Assembly (NCBI GenBank): GCA_016206685.1
Contig: JACQRB010000023.1
Span: forward strand, 29,287 to 93,286
Direction of reading: 5' to 3'
Source: Candidatus Omnitrophota bacterium
Lineage (GTDB): Bacteria > Omnitrophota > Gorgyraeia > Aquiviventales > Aquiviventaceae
DNA: 64,000 nt
Under the pieces are notes generated by a model. It was not told where the DNA came from. It did not search any database and saw only the letters and a program-made list of their open reading frames with translations. Both the position numbers and the translations under genes were made by a program. Positions 47,614 through 57,564 of the stretch are shown one piece after another. The number at the start of each line of letters is the position of its first letter. Position 1 is the stretch's first letter.

Positions 47614-48893
47614 CCGACCTCCTCGTTGCGCAGGATGCGCGGGACCGGCAACGGGATGATGAAATCGCCTCGGTACCCCTTCTGCTTCAGTTTTGGCATG
47701 AGCTCATCGGCGATGTGCCACGACAACAGCAAGGCGTAGTCGGGTGGTTCTTGAAACAACCGCGATTCTTCCACAACCGGAATCAGCGTTCCCGGGATAT
47801 ACTTGCCGATTTTGCGCGAGCCGTTGATTTCTAGCACACAGTCCAAGATCCCATCATCGAGCCCCACGTAATTGATCAGGGTGCTGGCGCGGGAGGGCGC
47901 GCTGATCCCATAGATCCGCTGCCCTCGGCGTTTGATTTCATGGAGCAACGCATAGAGGGCTAACTTAGAGTGGATGATCCGATCCCTGAACGCGCGCAGC
48001 TGCTGGGTATTGAGCTCCGTGCGTTCCTCGGCTTCGAGCATCGCCATGACGCTCGGCTGCACCTGGTACCGACCGGGTCGAGCGGCGTAGACGCGAATCG
48101 ATCCGCCGTGGGTGGGAATCCGCTTCGCGTGGATGATCGACAGGCCGTGCATGTCGAAGAGCGATTTAAGGCTCGCGAGGGAATAGTACCGTAGATGCTC
48201 ATGATAGATCGTGTCGTACTGAAGCGTTTCGACCAAGGACAGGAGATAGTGGGATTCGGAGACAAACACCCCATCGTCACTCAACAACGAAAGGATGCTG
48301 TCCACAATGTCGTGGATATCTTCAATGTGCGCGAACACGTTGGTGGCGGTCACCAGTTTCGACGGACCCCGCTCAGCGCGGACTTTGGCCGCAGTCTCTC
48401 GATTGAAGAAGGTGATCAGGGTCGGGATCCCGCGCGCATTCGCCAGTTCGCCGACATTGGCCGGCTCAATGCCCTGCACGGGATGATGTGGGGTGAAATT
48501 ACTCAGCAACGTCCCATCGTTCGAGCCAATATCCGTCACCAGGTCCTCTGGCCCCAGGGTGATGAGCCGTCGGCATTCCTGGTAGAGTTCCGCGAAGTTG
48601 TCCCGCAAAATTTTCGTCGTCCCACTGGTATAGGGGTAGTCTGGGGGAAAGAGAATCGTGGGGTCGACGATCAACCCCAGTTGAACGAGCTGGCAGTGAG
48701 GACACCGCAACAGATGCGCCGGGTAGCTGGGTTGCTCCTGCGGAGGCCGCCCAATGGGCGGCATGAGATTCACCGGAGGCAGGTAGCCGAGAAACACGAT
48801 TGGTTCGAGGCCGGGACCGTCACACACCTGGCATCGCTCTACCACGACGCTGGAACCCGTTTGAATGGTCAAGGGCATGGTCATGAGTCGCAC
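47610..48893 (-). CDS. NDP-hexose C-methyltransferase (TylC3/NovU/EvaC family), stand-alone
   Basis: CQVCDG...CPHCQLVQL is a zinc-ribbon Methyltransf_13 module, followed by the MTase core (VTDIGSNDGTLL) and the C-methyltransferase C-terminal domain (YALLLSWHIADEL...FIIPLPVP). It has an ATGA overlap at 47610-47613. Confidence 0.75.
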   Translation of the reverse strand: MRLMTMPLTIQTGSSVVVERCQVCDGPGLEPIVFLGYLPPVNLMPPIGRPPQEQPSYPAHLLRCPHCQLVQLGLIVDPTILFPPDYPYTSGTTKILRDNFAELYQECRRLITLGPEDLVTDIGSNDGTLLSNFTPHHPVQGIEPANVGELANARGIPTLITFFNRETAAKVRAERGPSKLVTATNVFAHIEDIHDIVDSILSLLSDDGVFVSESHYLLSLVETLQYDTIYHEHLRYYSLASLKSLFDMHGLSIIHAKRIPTHGGSIRVYAARPGRYQVQPSVMAMLEAEERTELNTQQLRAFRDRIIHSKLALYALLHEIKRRGQRIYGISAPSRASTLINYVGLDDGILDCVLEINGSRKIGKYIPGTLIPVVEESRLFQEPPDYALLLSWHIADELMPKLKQKGYRGDFIIPLPVPRILRNEEVG

Positions 48894-49882
48894 CTGAGGG
48901 GTTCAGGCGCTGGTGCTGCCTGGGCATGCTCGTCATACCACCGGGCCACGAGAGGCAGGCCATCAGAGAATCGGACGGCGGGACGGAATCCTAATGCCGT
49001 CAACCGGCTGATCTCCGGACACCGGCGCAGCGTACTGCCGTGGGCGGGTGTCTGAGGGACGATGCGGACGTCCTTTCCAAAATAGCGTCCCACTTCGATC
49101 GCGACCGTCTCGACCGTCATCTCTTCACTCGTGCCGAGATGGTAGATCGCGAGATGTTCGCCGTGCTCCATCACAACCCGCAGCCCATTGACGAAGTCAT
49201 CGATGTAGAGAAACGAACGGGTCTCCTTCCCGCTGCCCTGGATGGGAAAAGGCACCGGGTTGGTCGGCTCCTGGGCCAAGCGGCGCATCCGCAGCACAAA
49301 TTGCGGGATCACATGTTCCCAGCCCATATCAGGTCCATACACGTTATGCGGACGGACAATGAGGAGGCGATCCACCCGACCCTTACCGCAATGAATCGCC
49401 ATCATCTCACTGATGATCTTGCTGGCTGCATAGGAGTAGCGTGGGTTGTACGGATCAGGGATCGACAGCGGCACCGTTTCACTCGTCGGCACCACGTCCG
49501 GTGTCTGGTAGACTTCGGAACTGGAGGTGAGGAGGAATTCGCCGACCCCATAGTGGAGGCAGGCATCCAGCACATTGACCATCCCCTTCACACCGACCTC
49601 CAGCACCTGATCGGGTTTCGTGTAGAAGAAGGCGGTCCCATTGATCGCCGCGAGATGACAGATGCTCTCGACACCCCGCACGGCCTGAAAGACCGCCTCC
49701 CGGTTTCGCACGTCAGCTTCGATGAACTCGACGCCATCCCTCACATCGGCCAATCGCATCGCCGAGCCGCGGCTCTGGTCATCCAAGACCCGTACGCGAT
49801 GCCCCTCGGTCACGAGGCGTCGGACGAGGGCCGAGCCCAGAAATCCAGCTCCGCCAGTCACCAGATAGGTCTTACGCCCCAT
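48881..49882 (-). CDS. NAD-dependent epimerase/dehydratase (extended SDR)
   Basis: The internal start MGRKTYLVTGGAGFLGS, with YAASK. The track ORF has an approximately 128 aa Arg/Gly-rich spurious extension. Confidence 0.7.
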   Translation of the reverse strand: MGRKTYLVTGGAGFLGSALVRRLVTEGHRVRVLDDQSRGSAMRLADVRDGVEFIEADVRNREAVFQAVRGVESICHLAAINGTAFFYTKPDQVLEVGVKGMVNVLDACLHYGVGEFLLTSSSEVYQTPDVVPTSETVPLSIPDPYNPRYSYAASKIISEMMAIHCGKGRVDRLLIVRPHNVYGPDMGWEHVIPQFVLRMRRLAQEPTNPVPFPIQGSGKETRSFLYIDDFVNGLRVVMEHGEHLAIYHLGTSEEMTVETVAIEVGRYFGKDVRIVPQTPAHGSTLRRCPEISRLTALGFRPAVRFSDGLPLVARWYDEHAQAAPAPEPLRCDS

Positions 49883-49890
49883 CGTCTCCT

Positions 49891-51201
49891 TCACTCCGAT
49901 GGCGGCGCGGCAAACCGCTGCAGCTCGATCATGAGCAACGCGGCGAAGACGGCGCCCACCGCGGGCAGCGAATACATCTGGAGGCCCAGCGCCACATCCC
50001 GGGCCGGCAGGCCGGTGATCGCCGCCCAGAATCTCATCGGCACCAAGAACCCGCTCATCACGACCGCCGCGACGAAGGCGCCTTTCACCATCCAGCTCAA
50101 TGCGTACCGGTACCGGAGCACAGAGCCCACGCCCAGCGACAGCGCGGGAAGCACAAAGATGAGATAGTAGGTGTTCGCATGCGGCGCGACCAGGATCATC
50201 ATGGTCATCAGGAGCGCCCCGTCGAGCTCCAGGGTATCCTGCCGGCGCCGGCGCCAGAGCAGCCATCCCGTTCCCAGCACTACCAGCAGGTGAAGCGACA
50301 ATCCGATCATCCGCAACAGCGGCGCCTGCCAGACTCGAGGGTCCGGATCAGCGAGATTGCCGAGGGTGAACATCTTATAGAGCACGTTCACGATGGCCTG
50401 ATTGGCGGGGGCCGCCGGATAGGAAATACTCTGAATGGCTTCATCCGAGATCAGCGTGAACGTGATCGAATGTTCCACTCCCAGCAGCCCCACCGCGACG
50501 GCCGCAAACACCCCGACGACCGCGATCGCGCTCCAGAACGCCTTCCGATACCCCTTCATCCAGAGGTACGGAATAAGAACGACCGGCAAATATTTGATCA
50601 TGGCGGCCAGCCCGATCAGGCCGCCGGCCAGGCGCTGCCGGCCGGCGCGCAACCCCCAGATCCCGACCGTCACCAGAAACAGCTCGAGGATCTCGCTCTC
50701 CCGCCCGACCACAGCCGTCAGGAGCGGGAAATAGTTCAGCCAGACCACGGCGATCCAAAACAGCACGATGGCGCGCGGCTCGATGCGCCAGGCCATCCGC
50801 AGCCAGAGCCAGCCGGTAACCGCGAGAAGGACGTAGCTGATGCCGAGCCAGATGAGCATCGCCTGCTCCAGCGAAGAGGCGAAGACCAAGGGCAGCGTGA
50901 TCACATGGAGCGCGGGTCCAAAATTCCAGAGGGTTTTTGGCACGATCCAGGGTTTCGCAAGGACTGGCCAGAGCACCGTCATGCGGTGCAGGAGCGGGCC
51001 GGGGAATGCCGAGATGGTGTCGCCGCCAAGAATCTTCAACGCCCCGATCACCCCACTCTGCACGAAATGGACGACCGAATAGACGGCAAGAATTGTGACG
51101 GCCACCGGAGGTCCGAATTGCCTGAGCCGGGCACTAGATAGCTTCATGATATCAGGTGAGGACTCCGACAGATGAGGCCGGCGGCTGCGAGACTGTGGCA
51201 A
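49891..51201 (-). CDS. GT87/DUF2029-family polytopic membrane glycosyltransferase, copy 1
   Basis: 436 aa with approximately 12 hydrophobic segments, paralogous to 51152..52444. This resembles the DUF2029 (mycobacterial PimE/MptA-type GT-C) architecture. Confidence 0.55.
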   Translation of the reverse strand: MPQSRSRRPHLSESSPDIMKLSSARLRQFGPPVAVTILAVYSVVHFVQSGVIGALKILGGDTISAFPGPLLHRMTVLWPVLAKPWIVPKTLWNFGPALHVITLPLVFASSLEQAMLIWLGISYVLLAVTGWLWLRMAWRIEPRAIVLFWIAVVWLNYFPLLTAVVGRESEILELFLVTVGIWGLRAGRQRLAGGLIGLAAMIKYLPVVLIPYLWMKGYRKAFWSAIAVVGVFAAVAVGLLGVEHSITFTLISDEAIQSISYPAAPANQAIVNVLYKMFTLGNLADPDPRVWQAPLLRMIGLSLHLLVVLGTGWLLWRRRRQDTLELDGALLMTMMILVAPHANTYYLIFVLPALSLGVGSVLRYRYALSWMVKGAFVAAVVMSGFLVPMRFWAAITGLPARDVALGLQMYSLPAVGAVFAALLMIELQRFAAPPSE

Positions 51202-52444
51202 AAGCCGCGGCCTGGCGTTCCTGCCGCCACGTCACCGTCCACGCGATAATGAACACCACATAGCCCAGCGTCGGGATCCCATAGTAGAGATAGGCCCGGG
51301 AGTTGAGCACGCCGGGAATGACCGACGGCAGCTGATTGATAATCCCCAAGGGGACACCTTGTCCGACCAACAGATAGGAAACAACTCCCGACCAACATGC
51401 CGCCGAGTTGAACCGGGAGCCGCGTTGCCACCACAGGCCCGCCAAGAGCAGGTAGCCCGGCAGCAAGAAGACCGCGTAGTAATCCCGCGACATAGGACTC
51501 AACAGCAGCATCCCGGCGCTCACGATCGACCATTCAGCCCACAGCCGTTGGGGCGATGCGTCACGGCGGCGCGCCAGTAAGACCGCCAGCCACCCGGCCG
51601 CCAGGAAACGCAATACCCACCCCATCCACAGGCCTTCAAGGCGCACCTGATGCAATGGGACATGGAACTCGTTGGGGCGGATCGGATGCCACCACCGCAC
51701 CGCGACGCCGAGGAGCGACTGATCTTCATACCAATAGAAGGCATTGTCCCCCCGGGGCTGGATCACGGTGCTGAAATACGCTCCCACCGCTTCAAAGCCG
51801 AAGACAAGACCACTCACCAGGAGGATTGCCGCCACACTGACCGCCCAAGCCCGCACGAGGCGCCAGCGGCGCGTCCAGATGAAATACAGCGCGAACAACA
51901 CCGGCAATGGCTTGAGCATTCCGGCCAGTGCCGCCAGGCTGCCAGCCAGCCGGTCGCGGCCGCGCTGCACGGCCAGCATCGCGCCAACCAGCAGCGTCAC
52001 TTCGGCCATTTCAATTTTGGCCATGGAGACCAAGAGCAGCAGCGGCCGGAAGTTCAGCGCCAATGGCAGCAACAGCCACCACCAGGCGCGGCCCGGAATC
52101 CGAGCGGCGGTCGCGGCCATTAACAGCCCCAGGCACACCACCAACAGCGCATGGTTGATCGCCAGCATCACCAGTGCCGCGGTCTGATCATCGAACCACA
52201 GCGCCAACGGGCTGTTCACCAGAAAAAAGAACGGCGGATACCAGTACCCGACGTTGAACTGCCCCGTGACCAACCATTCCCGCGTCACGTTCATGAGGAG
52301 GAGGTAATCGGAGTAGCTCCGGTAGCCGACGGCGGCGTGGAGAAAATGGGCCACCGTATAGACCCATAGCACGACGACGCCCGATACCAGCAACGGATGT
52401 CGTCGCCACCACGCCGTGGCGGTGTCAGCCATTGGCGACCTCAT
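51152..52444 (-). CDS. GT87/DUF2029-family polytopic membrane glycosyltransferase, copy 2
   Basis: 430 aa polytopic. A strong RBS GGAGGAGGA lies about 10 nt upstream of the ATG at 52444. Confidence 0.55.
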   Translation of the reverse strand: MRSPMADTATAWWRRHPLLVSGVVVLWVYTVAHFLHAAVGYRSYSDYLLLMNVTREWLVTGQFNVGYWYPPFFFLVNSPLALWFDDQTAALVMLAINHALLVVCLGLLMAATAARIPGRAWWWLLLPLALNFRPLLLLVSMAKIEMAEVTLLVGAMLAVQRGRDRLAGSLAALAGMLKPLPVLFALYFIWTRRWRLVRAWAVSVAAILLVSGLVFGFEAVGAYFSTVIQPRGDNAFYWYEDQSLLGVAVRWWHPIRPNEFHVPLHQVRLEGLWMGWVLRFLAAGWLAVLLARRRDASPQRLWAEWSIVSAGMLLLSPMSRDYYAVFLLPGYLLLAGLWWQRGSRFNSAACWSGVVSYLLVGQGVPLGIINQLPSVIPGVLNSRAYLYYGIPTLGYVVFIIAWTVTWRQERQAAAFATVSQPPASSVGVLT

Positions 52445-52463
52445 AGATCTTCACATCCTCCTC
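52441..52463. repeat. direct repeat copy B (tcatagatcttcacatcctcctc), a fossil of a GT-C gene 3' tail
   Basis: 21 of 23 nt are identical to 53196..53218. On the minus strand it encodes ...EEDVKIYEV, mirroring the ...EEYVKIYEL C-terminus of the GT-C gene at 53183. It overlaps the start codon of the GT87 gene. Confidence 0.6.
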
Positions 52464-52487
52464 CACTGCATCAATCGCCACATCCCC

Positions 52488-53186
52488 CTACCTCTCCTGG
52501 GGGATGCTTGCAGGCAACCGGACAGGAGCCTGTGCCACCATCACCAGATAATCACAGGCACCGCTTGACATGGGATAGCATCTCACTTGATCAAAGACAG
52601 CCTGGACTATGTGGACGTAGTGTTGCTCAGCTCGAATATGGTCACCCAGATCGAATTGATGAACCAGACTGCCAATAAGATTGTATCTGCTGCGCGTCGG
52701 TACATCTTCCCACATGATCAAACGACCTATGCCAGGTTTCAGAACCCGCGCGGCTTCAGTCAAAATGGCTATCGCATCCTGATCTTCAAGGTGGTGGATG
52801 ACCCCGCTAATCACCACCGCATCAAACGATTGTGATGTAAAATCCAGTGCTCGCCCATCCATGACGAGAAAGCGATGAGTGGGGTGTTTCTTTCTTGCTC
52901 GCTTGATATACCCCTGGTTGATATCGATGCCCACATAAGAAGTCGGCCTGAACATGTTGGCGAACACCCCAGTCCCACAACCAAGATCCAGGACATCCCC
53001 AATATGCTGCAGTCCCTCTTGCTTCAGCACAATCCGCTCGCCATTAAAACCAGCTTCCAGAATCCAACGCAGCATATCAAATAAAACAGGACGAGCCGCA
53101 AGCCTGCTGACGAGGGACTGAAGGAGAAGCTTCATAATCTGTGGAGACTCGGCAGCATCTGTGTGAGATCCCCTCGGTTCAGTCAT
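52488..53186 (-). CDS. class I SAM-dependent methyltransferase (compositionally atypical, probably inserted)
   Basis: VLDLGCGTGVFA (motif I) and VLKPGIGRLIM are present. Third codon positions are visibly AT-richer than in all neighbours. The gene is flanked by the 23-nt imperfect direct repeat. Confidence 0.7.
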   Translation of the reverse strand: MTEPRGSHTDAAESPQIMKLLLQSLVSRLAARPVLFDMLRWILEAGFNGERIVLKQEGLQHIGDVLDLGCGTGVFANMFRPTSYVGIDINQGYIKRARKKHPTHRFLVMDGRALDFTSQSFDAVVISGVIHHLEDQDAIAILTEAARVLKPGIGRLIMWEDVPTRSRYNLIGSLVHQFDLGDHIRAEQHYVHIVQAVFDQVRCYPMSSGACDYLVMVAQAPVRLPASIPQER

Positions 53187-54859
53187 CCTACGAGTTCATA
53201 GATCTTTACATACTCCTCGGTGCCGAGTCCCGGGTCCACATCCGGCCGTTGCCCGCGGAACTCCTGCACCAGCCGACCGGTGTCCCTCACCGCGGTGTAG
53301 TATTGCGCGTGGACCGGATACCGCGCGGGGTCGGCCAGGTACTGTTCCACTTCATCGGTGACCACCACATACCGGACGCCCGCCTGACGATGTTTCGCAA
53401 AGTCAAGATCATCAGGATCAAAATCCTCCCGCCAGGGGTATGGCAGGGGCCACAGATCATAGGCGGCCGGAAGGGACGGGACATACCGCGCCAACCGCTG
53501 CAGGCGAATGCCCTGCCCGATCCCTTTGGCGTGAATCTCTTCGAGCTGCCGATGGATGGACGCCTCGTTGGGCACCAGCGGAACTCCGGCCGCCACGGCC
53601 ACCGGCGTCCCCGAAGGCACATGGCGCTGGATCCATGCGCAGGCTCGAACCGACACCGGCGTCTGAGCCACCTGACGGTCAAACCGGACAATCGCCTGAA
53701 CCGGCAGAGCCACCAACAGGGCCCATCCCGCTGTCATCGCCGTCACGCGGAGAGGGCCCGCCCGAAGCCGGTCGGCGAGCGCGACGCACCAGCGAGCCGC
53801 CACGAGCAGCAACATGGGCACGATGTAGATGAAATACCGCGGCTTGATGATGTCCCAGGTCCCCACATAGCCGATGAAGGTCAGCACCAGACCTGCCAGC
53901 CAGAGGTCTTCGGGCCGGCGTTTCCAGAGGGCGTACGCCAGCCCGATGAGCGAGACGACCGTCAGCGGCGCTCCAATCGCGCTGGGCAGCACCGATGTGA
54001 GGAGGAACCAGTGTCCAGATCCCTGGGCCCGGTACGACGCGAAATGGTACTCGGAGGTCATGAGTTCCCATCGGAGTTTCTGGACGGAGGCCAGGAACGC
54101 CTTCCCATCCAGCAGCGCATAGGGACACCCGAGGAAGAACCCGACGATGATGAGCCCCATCCCGGCCACCAGCTTCGGGGCGAACAGCCGCTCCCGCCAC
54201 GGGGCTCCTGCGCGGGACGTCCGGATCAGGTGCGCCAACCCCAGCACCACGCCGAGCCAAGCGGCGTTGTATTTCGTCGCCGTCGCCAGCCCGATGAGCA
54301 GTCCGGCGAGCCCATAGTGCCACAGCCGTCCCTCCTGGAGCACGCGGACGACCGTCCCAAGCGCCAGGAAGGCAAGCACCATCATCGGAATGTCGGTGTT
54401 GGCGTAGTGCGCCGCCGTCACATGCAGCACCGACACGCTGAGAAACGCCGTCGCCAGCAGCGCGATCGCCGTCCGGTGATAGAGCTGATGGGCCAGCCGG
54501 AAGAACAGCCAGAGTCCCAGCAGCCCCAACCCCAGCACGAAGATCCGACCGATGAGAAAGAACAGCGTCGGGTCCGTGAAAAACAGCCGCTCAAAATCCG
54601 CCACGGACGCAAACACGCCGGCCGCACGGCCGATCATGAACGTCGCCCCATAGAGCCCGAACAGCACATAGGCGAAGAACGGCGGATGCAGAAAGTAGTG
54701 CGGGTTGAGGTCGCCGGTGCCGAACTTCACCGCGTAGAACACCTGCTCTTCTTCGGTCGCGAACCGGCTGAACGGCAGATCGGCCCGCATGCCGTAGGCC
54801 GCGGCCGCGGCGAAGAGGCCCAGCATGCCCGCCAGCGCCCATCGTTGCGCGTGCATCAT
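53183..54859 (-). CDS. GT-C fold membrane glycosyltransferase (GT39/ArnT-like), paralog 3
   Basis: DLPFSRFATEEEQVFYAVKFGTGDLNPHYFLHPP...FTDPTLFFLIGR...ATKYNAAW is paralogous to 40605..42356. It has ATGA overlaps at 53183-53186 and 54856-54859. Confidence 0.75.
   Translation of the reverse strand: MMHAQRWALAGMLGLFAAAAAYGMRADLPFSRFATEEEQVFYAVKFGTGDLNPHYFLHPPFFAYVLFGLYGATFMIGRAAGVFASVADFERLFFTDPTLFFLIGRIFVLGLGLLGLWLFFRLAHQLYHRTAIALLATAFLSVSVLHVTAAHYANTDIPMMVLAFLALGTVVRVLQEGRLWHYGLAGLLIGLATATKYNAAWLGVVLGLAHLIRTSRAGAPWRERLFAPKLVAGMGLIIVGFFLGCPYALLDGKAFLASVQKLRWELMTSEYHFASYRAQGSGHWFLLTSVLPSAIGAPLTVVSLIGLAYALWKRRPEDLWLAGLVLTFIGYVGTWDIIKPRYFIYIVPMLLLVAARWCVALADRLRAGPLRVTAMTAGWALLVALPVQAIVRFDRQVAQTPVSVRACAWIQRHVPSGTPVAVAAGVPLVPNEASIHRQLEEIHAKGIGQGIRLQRLARYVPSLPAAYDLWPLPYPWREDFDPDDLDFAKHRQAGVRYVVVTDEVEQYLADPARYPVHAQYYTAVRDTGRLVQEFRGQRPDVDPGLGTEEYVKIYELVG
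53196..53218. repeat. direct repeat copy A (tcatagatctttacatactcctc) inside the 3' end of GT-C paralog 3
   Basis: Pairs with 52441..52463, with mismatches at 2 of 23 positions. Confidence 0.6.
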
Positions 54860-55578
54860 CCGCCGTTGCCCATCCGCAGTTCGCGCCAGAGGAATTTCAG
54901 AAAGACGATCCCCGTCGGCAGCGACTTCGCCGTGCTCATGCCGCCGATCCGGTCGCTTTCCTGCGTGGGCAGTTCGACGACGCGCATCCGCTGTTTCATC
55001 GCGCGGATCGACATCTGGTACTCGACCACGAAGCCGTCGGCGTCGATACCCATCCCTTCAAATGCCGCCTTCGTCACCCCGCGGTAGCCGTTGATCGTGT
55101 CGGTGACGTACGGACCGCGGTTCCACAACCGGTTGGCGATCCAAGTGAAGGCGCGGTTGGCCCAGGCCCGCAGGGGCAACCGCTTGTCGTCTTCTTCATT
55201 GCGGCTGCCGGGCAGGAAGCGCGAGGCGATGGCCATGTCGTAGCCCTCCTCCAGCTTCGCAAAGAGCCGCACAATGTCGTTCGGGTCTTCGTTCCCATCG
55301 GGGCTGAAGAAGACGAGGTGCTCCCCCTGCGCCGTCGCGACGCCGATTTGAAACGCCTGGCCGCGCCCGCGCCGGCTCTGCCCGACGACGCTGATCCCTC
55401 GGCGGGCCAGAAACTCCACCGTGCCGTCGGTGGACCCGCCGTCCACCGCGAAACATTCATCCACTTCAGCAAGCGGCAACCGGTCGAGCAGCACCTTTAG
55501 CCCGCTGATCTCGTTCAGGGTGAGCAAAATGAGAGAGCGTTTAGCGACGCGCCGTGGAGCTGAGACAGTGGGATTCAT
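54856..55578 (-). CDS. GT2 glycosyltransferase (DPM1-like polyprenol-phosphate sugar synthase)
   Basis: LILLTLNE...FAVDGGSTDGT...FSPDGNEDP are GT2 motifs. Confidence 0.65.
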   Translation of the reverse strand: MNPTVSAPRRVAKRSLILLTLNEISGLKVLLDRLPLAEVDECFAVDGGSTDGTVEFLARRGISVVGQSRRGRGQAFQIGVATAQGEHLVFFSPDGNEDPNDIVRLFAKLEEGYDMAIASRFLPGSRNEEDDKRLPLRAWANRAFTWIANRLWNRGPYVTDTINGYRGVTKAAFEGMGIDADGFVVEYQMSIRAMKQRMRVVELPTQESDRIGGMSTAKSLPTGIVFLKFLWRELRMGNGG

Positions 55579-56530
55579 ACCATGCTAATGTGTGGGTCAG
55601 TCCTTCTTCCAATGAGATCGCGGCGGTGTAGCCGATGAGCCGCTTGGCTTTCGTCGTATTGCACTGGCGCCGAGGCTGGCCCGATGGCCTTGACGGATCG
55701 AACTGAATGGTCACGCGCTTGCCGGAGAGCCGGACGATCATCTCCGCCAGGTCGCGGATGCTCACCTCTTCATCCGTCCCCAGGTTCACGGGGTCTGGCT
55801 GTGGGTATTGCTCGACCAGCTCCATGAGCCCCCGCGCCAGATCCGTGACGTAGACGAAGCTGCGGCTCGCCGTGCCGTCGCCCCACACGGTCAGGGGGTT
55901 CTCCCCGTCCATGAGCCGGTGGATCAGTGAGGCGATCACGTGGGCGTCCGGCGACTCGAAGTGATCGCGCGGGCCGTAGGCGTTGTAGGGTCGGGCAATC
56001 GCGATGCGCATCCCGAATTCCTCGGCATACGTCTGCGCCAAGAGCTCCACCACGCGCTTGGCCCAGCCGTACCCGAAGTTCGTCGGCTCCGGATCGTCGC
56101 GAAAGCCTTCGGTCTCCGGCGTGGGAATGGTGCAGGCACGCGGATAGACGCAGGCGCTGCTGACCATCAGCACGCGCTCGGCCTTGGCTTCGCGGGATGC
56201 CTCCAGCACGTTGAGCGCCAGTTGCACGTTGTCCCGCAGCATCATCGCCGGATGCGCCTGGTTGAACCGCACGCCCGACACCTTCGCGGCCAGGTGCAGC
56301 ACAATCTCCTGATTCTGCAGCGCCCGGCGGCACGGCTCCGCCTGCATGAGATCCACATCCTCAAACTGGATCCGGCTCCAGACCGCCTCCAGATTTCGCC
56401 GCGGCATGGCTCCCGGATGATTCAGCACCGTCACGCGCGCCCCGTGCGCGACCAGCCGCTCCACCAGGTGCGAGCCGACAAATCCCCCGCCCCCGGTCAC
56501 GAGAACCCGTTTACCAGACCAGAACGTCAT
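55541..56530 (-). CDS. GDP-4-keto-6-deoxymannose epimerase/reductase-like SDR (GDP-L-fucose synthase/Rmd family)
   Basis: KRVLVTGGGGFVGSH and YGWAKR are present. It is adjacent to a gmd copy. Confidence 0.6.
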   Translation of the reverse strand: MTFWSGKRVLVTGGGGFVGSHLVERLVAHGARVTVLNHPGAMPRRNLEAVWSRIQFEDVDLMQAEPCRRALQNQEIVLHLAAKVSGVRFNQAHPAMMLRDNVQLALNVLEASREAKAERVLMVSSACVYPRACTIPTPETEGFRDDPEPTNFGYGWAKRVVELLAQTYAEEFGMRIAIARPYNAYGPRDHFESPDAHVIASLIHRLMDGENPLTVWGDGTASRSFVYVTDLARGLMELVEQYPQPDPVNLGTDEEVSIRDLAEMIVRLSGKRVTIQFDPSRPSGQPRRQCNTTKAKRLIGYTAAISLEEGLTHTLAWYESHCLSSTARR

Positions 56531-56537
56531 GCGCGGT

Positions 56538-57557
56538 TCACCCCTTGATTCCCGCGACGTCCGCGGGCGAGACGATGCCTTTCACTGCAGCCATGTCGGC
56601 ATCGACCATCAAACGCACCAGCTCCGTAAACGTCGTCTTGGGCGCCCATCCGAGCTTTCGCTTGGCCTTGGAGGAATCCCCCAGCAAGAGGTCGACCTCA
56701 TTGGGTCGGAAGTAGCGGGAGTCCACCTCGACGTAGGCTTTCCAGTCGAGCCCCTGATACGAGAAGGCCTCCTCCAAGAATTCTCTCACGCTGTGGGACT
56801 CGCCCGTGGCCACCACGTAGTCATCCGGCTCATCCTGTTGCAGCATGCGCCACATCGCCTCGACGTACTCCTTTGCGTAGCCCCAGTCGCGTTTGGTATC
56901 GAGATTGCCCAGGTAGATCTTCGACTGCCGTCCAGCCAGAATGTTGGCCAACCCCCACGTGATTTTCCGCGTGACGAACGTCAGGCCCCGTCGGGGTGAC
57001 TCATGGTTGAACAGGATGCCGTTGCACGCGAAGATCCGATAGCTCTCTCGATAGTTCACCGTCGTCCAATAGCTGAACACTTTCGCCGTCCCATAGGGAC
57101 TGCAGGGACAAAACGGCGTGGTCTCCCGCTGAGGCGCCTCCAGGGCCCGTCCGAACATCTCGCTGCTCGACGCTTGGTAGAATTTCGTCTTGAGGCCGCT
57201 CTCTCGAATGGCGTCGAGCAGGCGTAGCGTCCCCAGGGCGACCACATTGGCTGTGTATTCCGGCATGTCGAAGCTCACCCGCACGTGGCTCTGGGCGCCG
57301 AGGTTGTACACCTCGTCCGGGTGGATCGTCTTCATCAACTGGTTGACGCCGCTGGAATCGCTCAAGTCCCCGTAGTGCAAGATGAGCCGGCGGTTGGATT
57401 CGTGCGGATCCTGAAAGATGTGGCTGATGCGCTGCGTGTTGATGGAGCTGGAGCGCCGGATAATGCCGTGCACCTCATAGCCTTTCTCCAGCAACAGCTC
57501 CGCGAGGTAACTCCCGTCTTGTCCGGTAATGCCAGTGATCAGGGCGCGTTTGGGCAT
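56538..57557 (-). CDS. gmd: GDP-mannose 4,6-dehydratase (Gmd), copy 2
   Basis: [31 protein letters not shown]...ASSSEMFG is near-identical in its motifs to copy 1. Confidence 0.85.
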   Translation of the reverse strand: MPKRALITGITGQDGSYLAELLLEKGYEVHGIIRRSSSINTQRISHIFQDPHESNRRLILHYGDLSDSSGVNQLMKTIHPDEVYNLGAQSHVRVSFDMPEYTANVVALGTLRLLDAIRESGLKTKFYQASSSEMFGRALEAPQRETTPFCPCSPYGTAKVFSYWTTVNYRESYRIFACNGILFNHESPRRGLTFVTRKITWGLANILAGRQSKIYLGNLDTKRDWGYAKEYVEAMWRMLQQDEPDDYVVATGESHSVREFLEEAFSYQGLDWKAYVEVDSRYFRPNEVDLLLGDSSKAKRKLGWAPKTTFTELVRLMVDADMAAVKGIVSPADVAGIKG

Positions 57558-57564
57558 GGGCTCC

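Noticed and set aside
53141-55087. 648-aa plus-strand ORF, the longest ORF on the plus strand
   Set aside because: It is antisense to the GT-C and GT2 genes. It is Arg/His/Pro/Gln-rich and low-complexity, with no domain motifs. This is the typical spurious antisense ORF of high-GC DNA.
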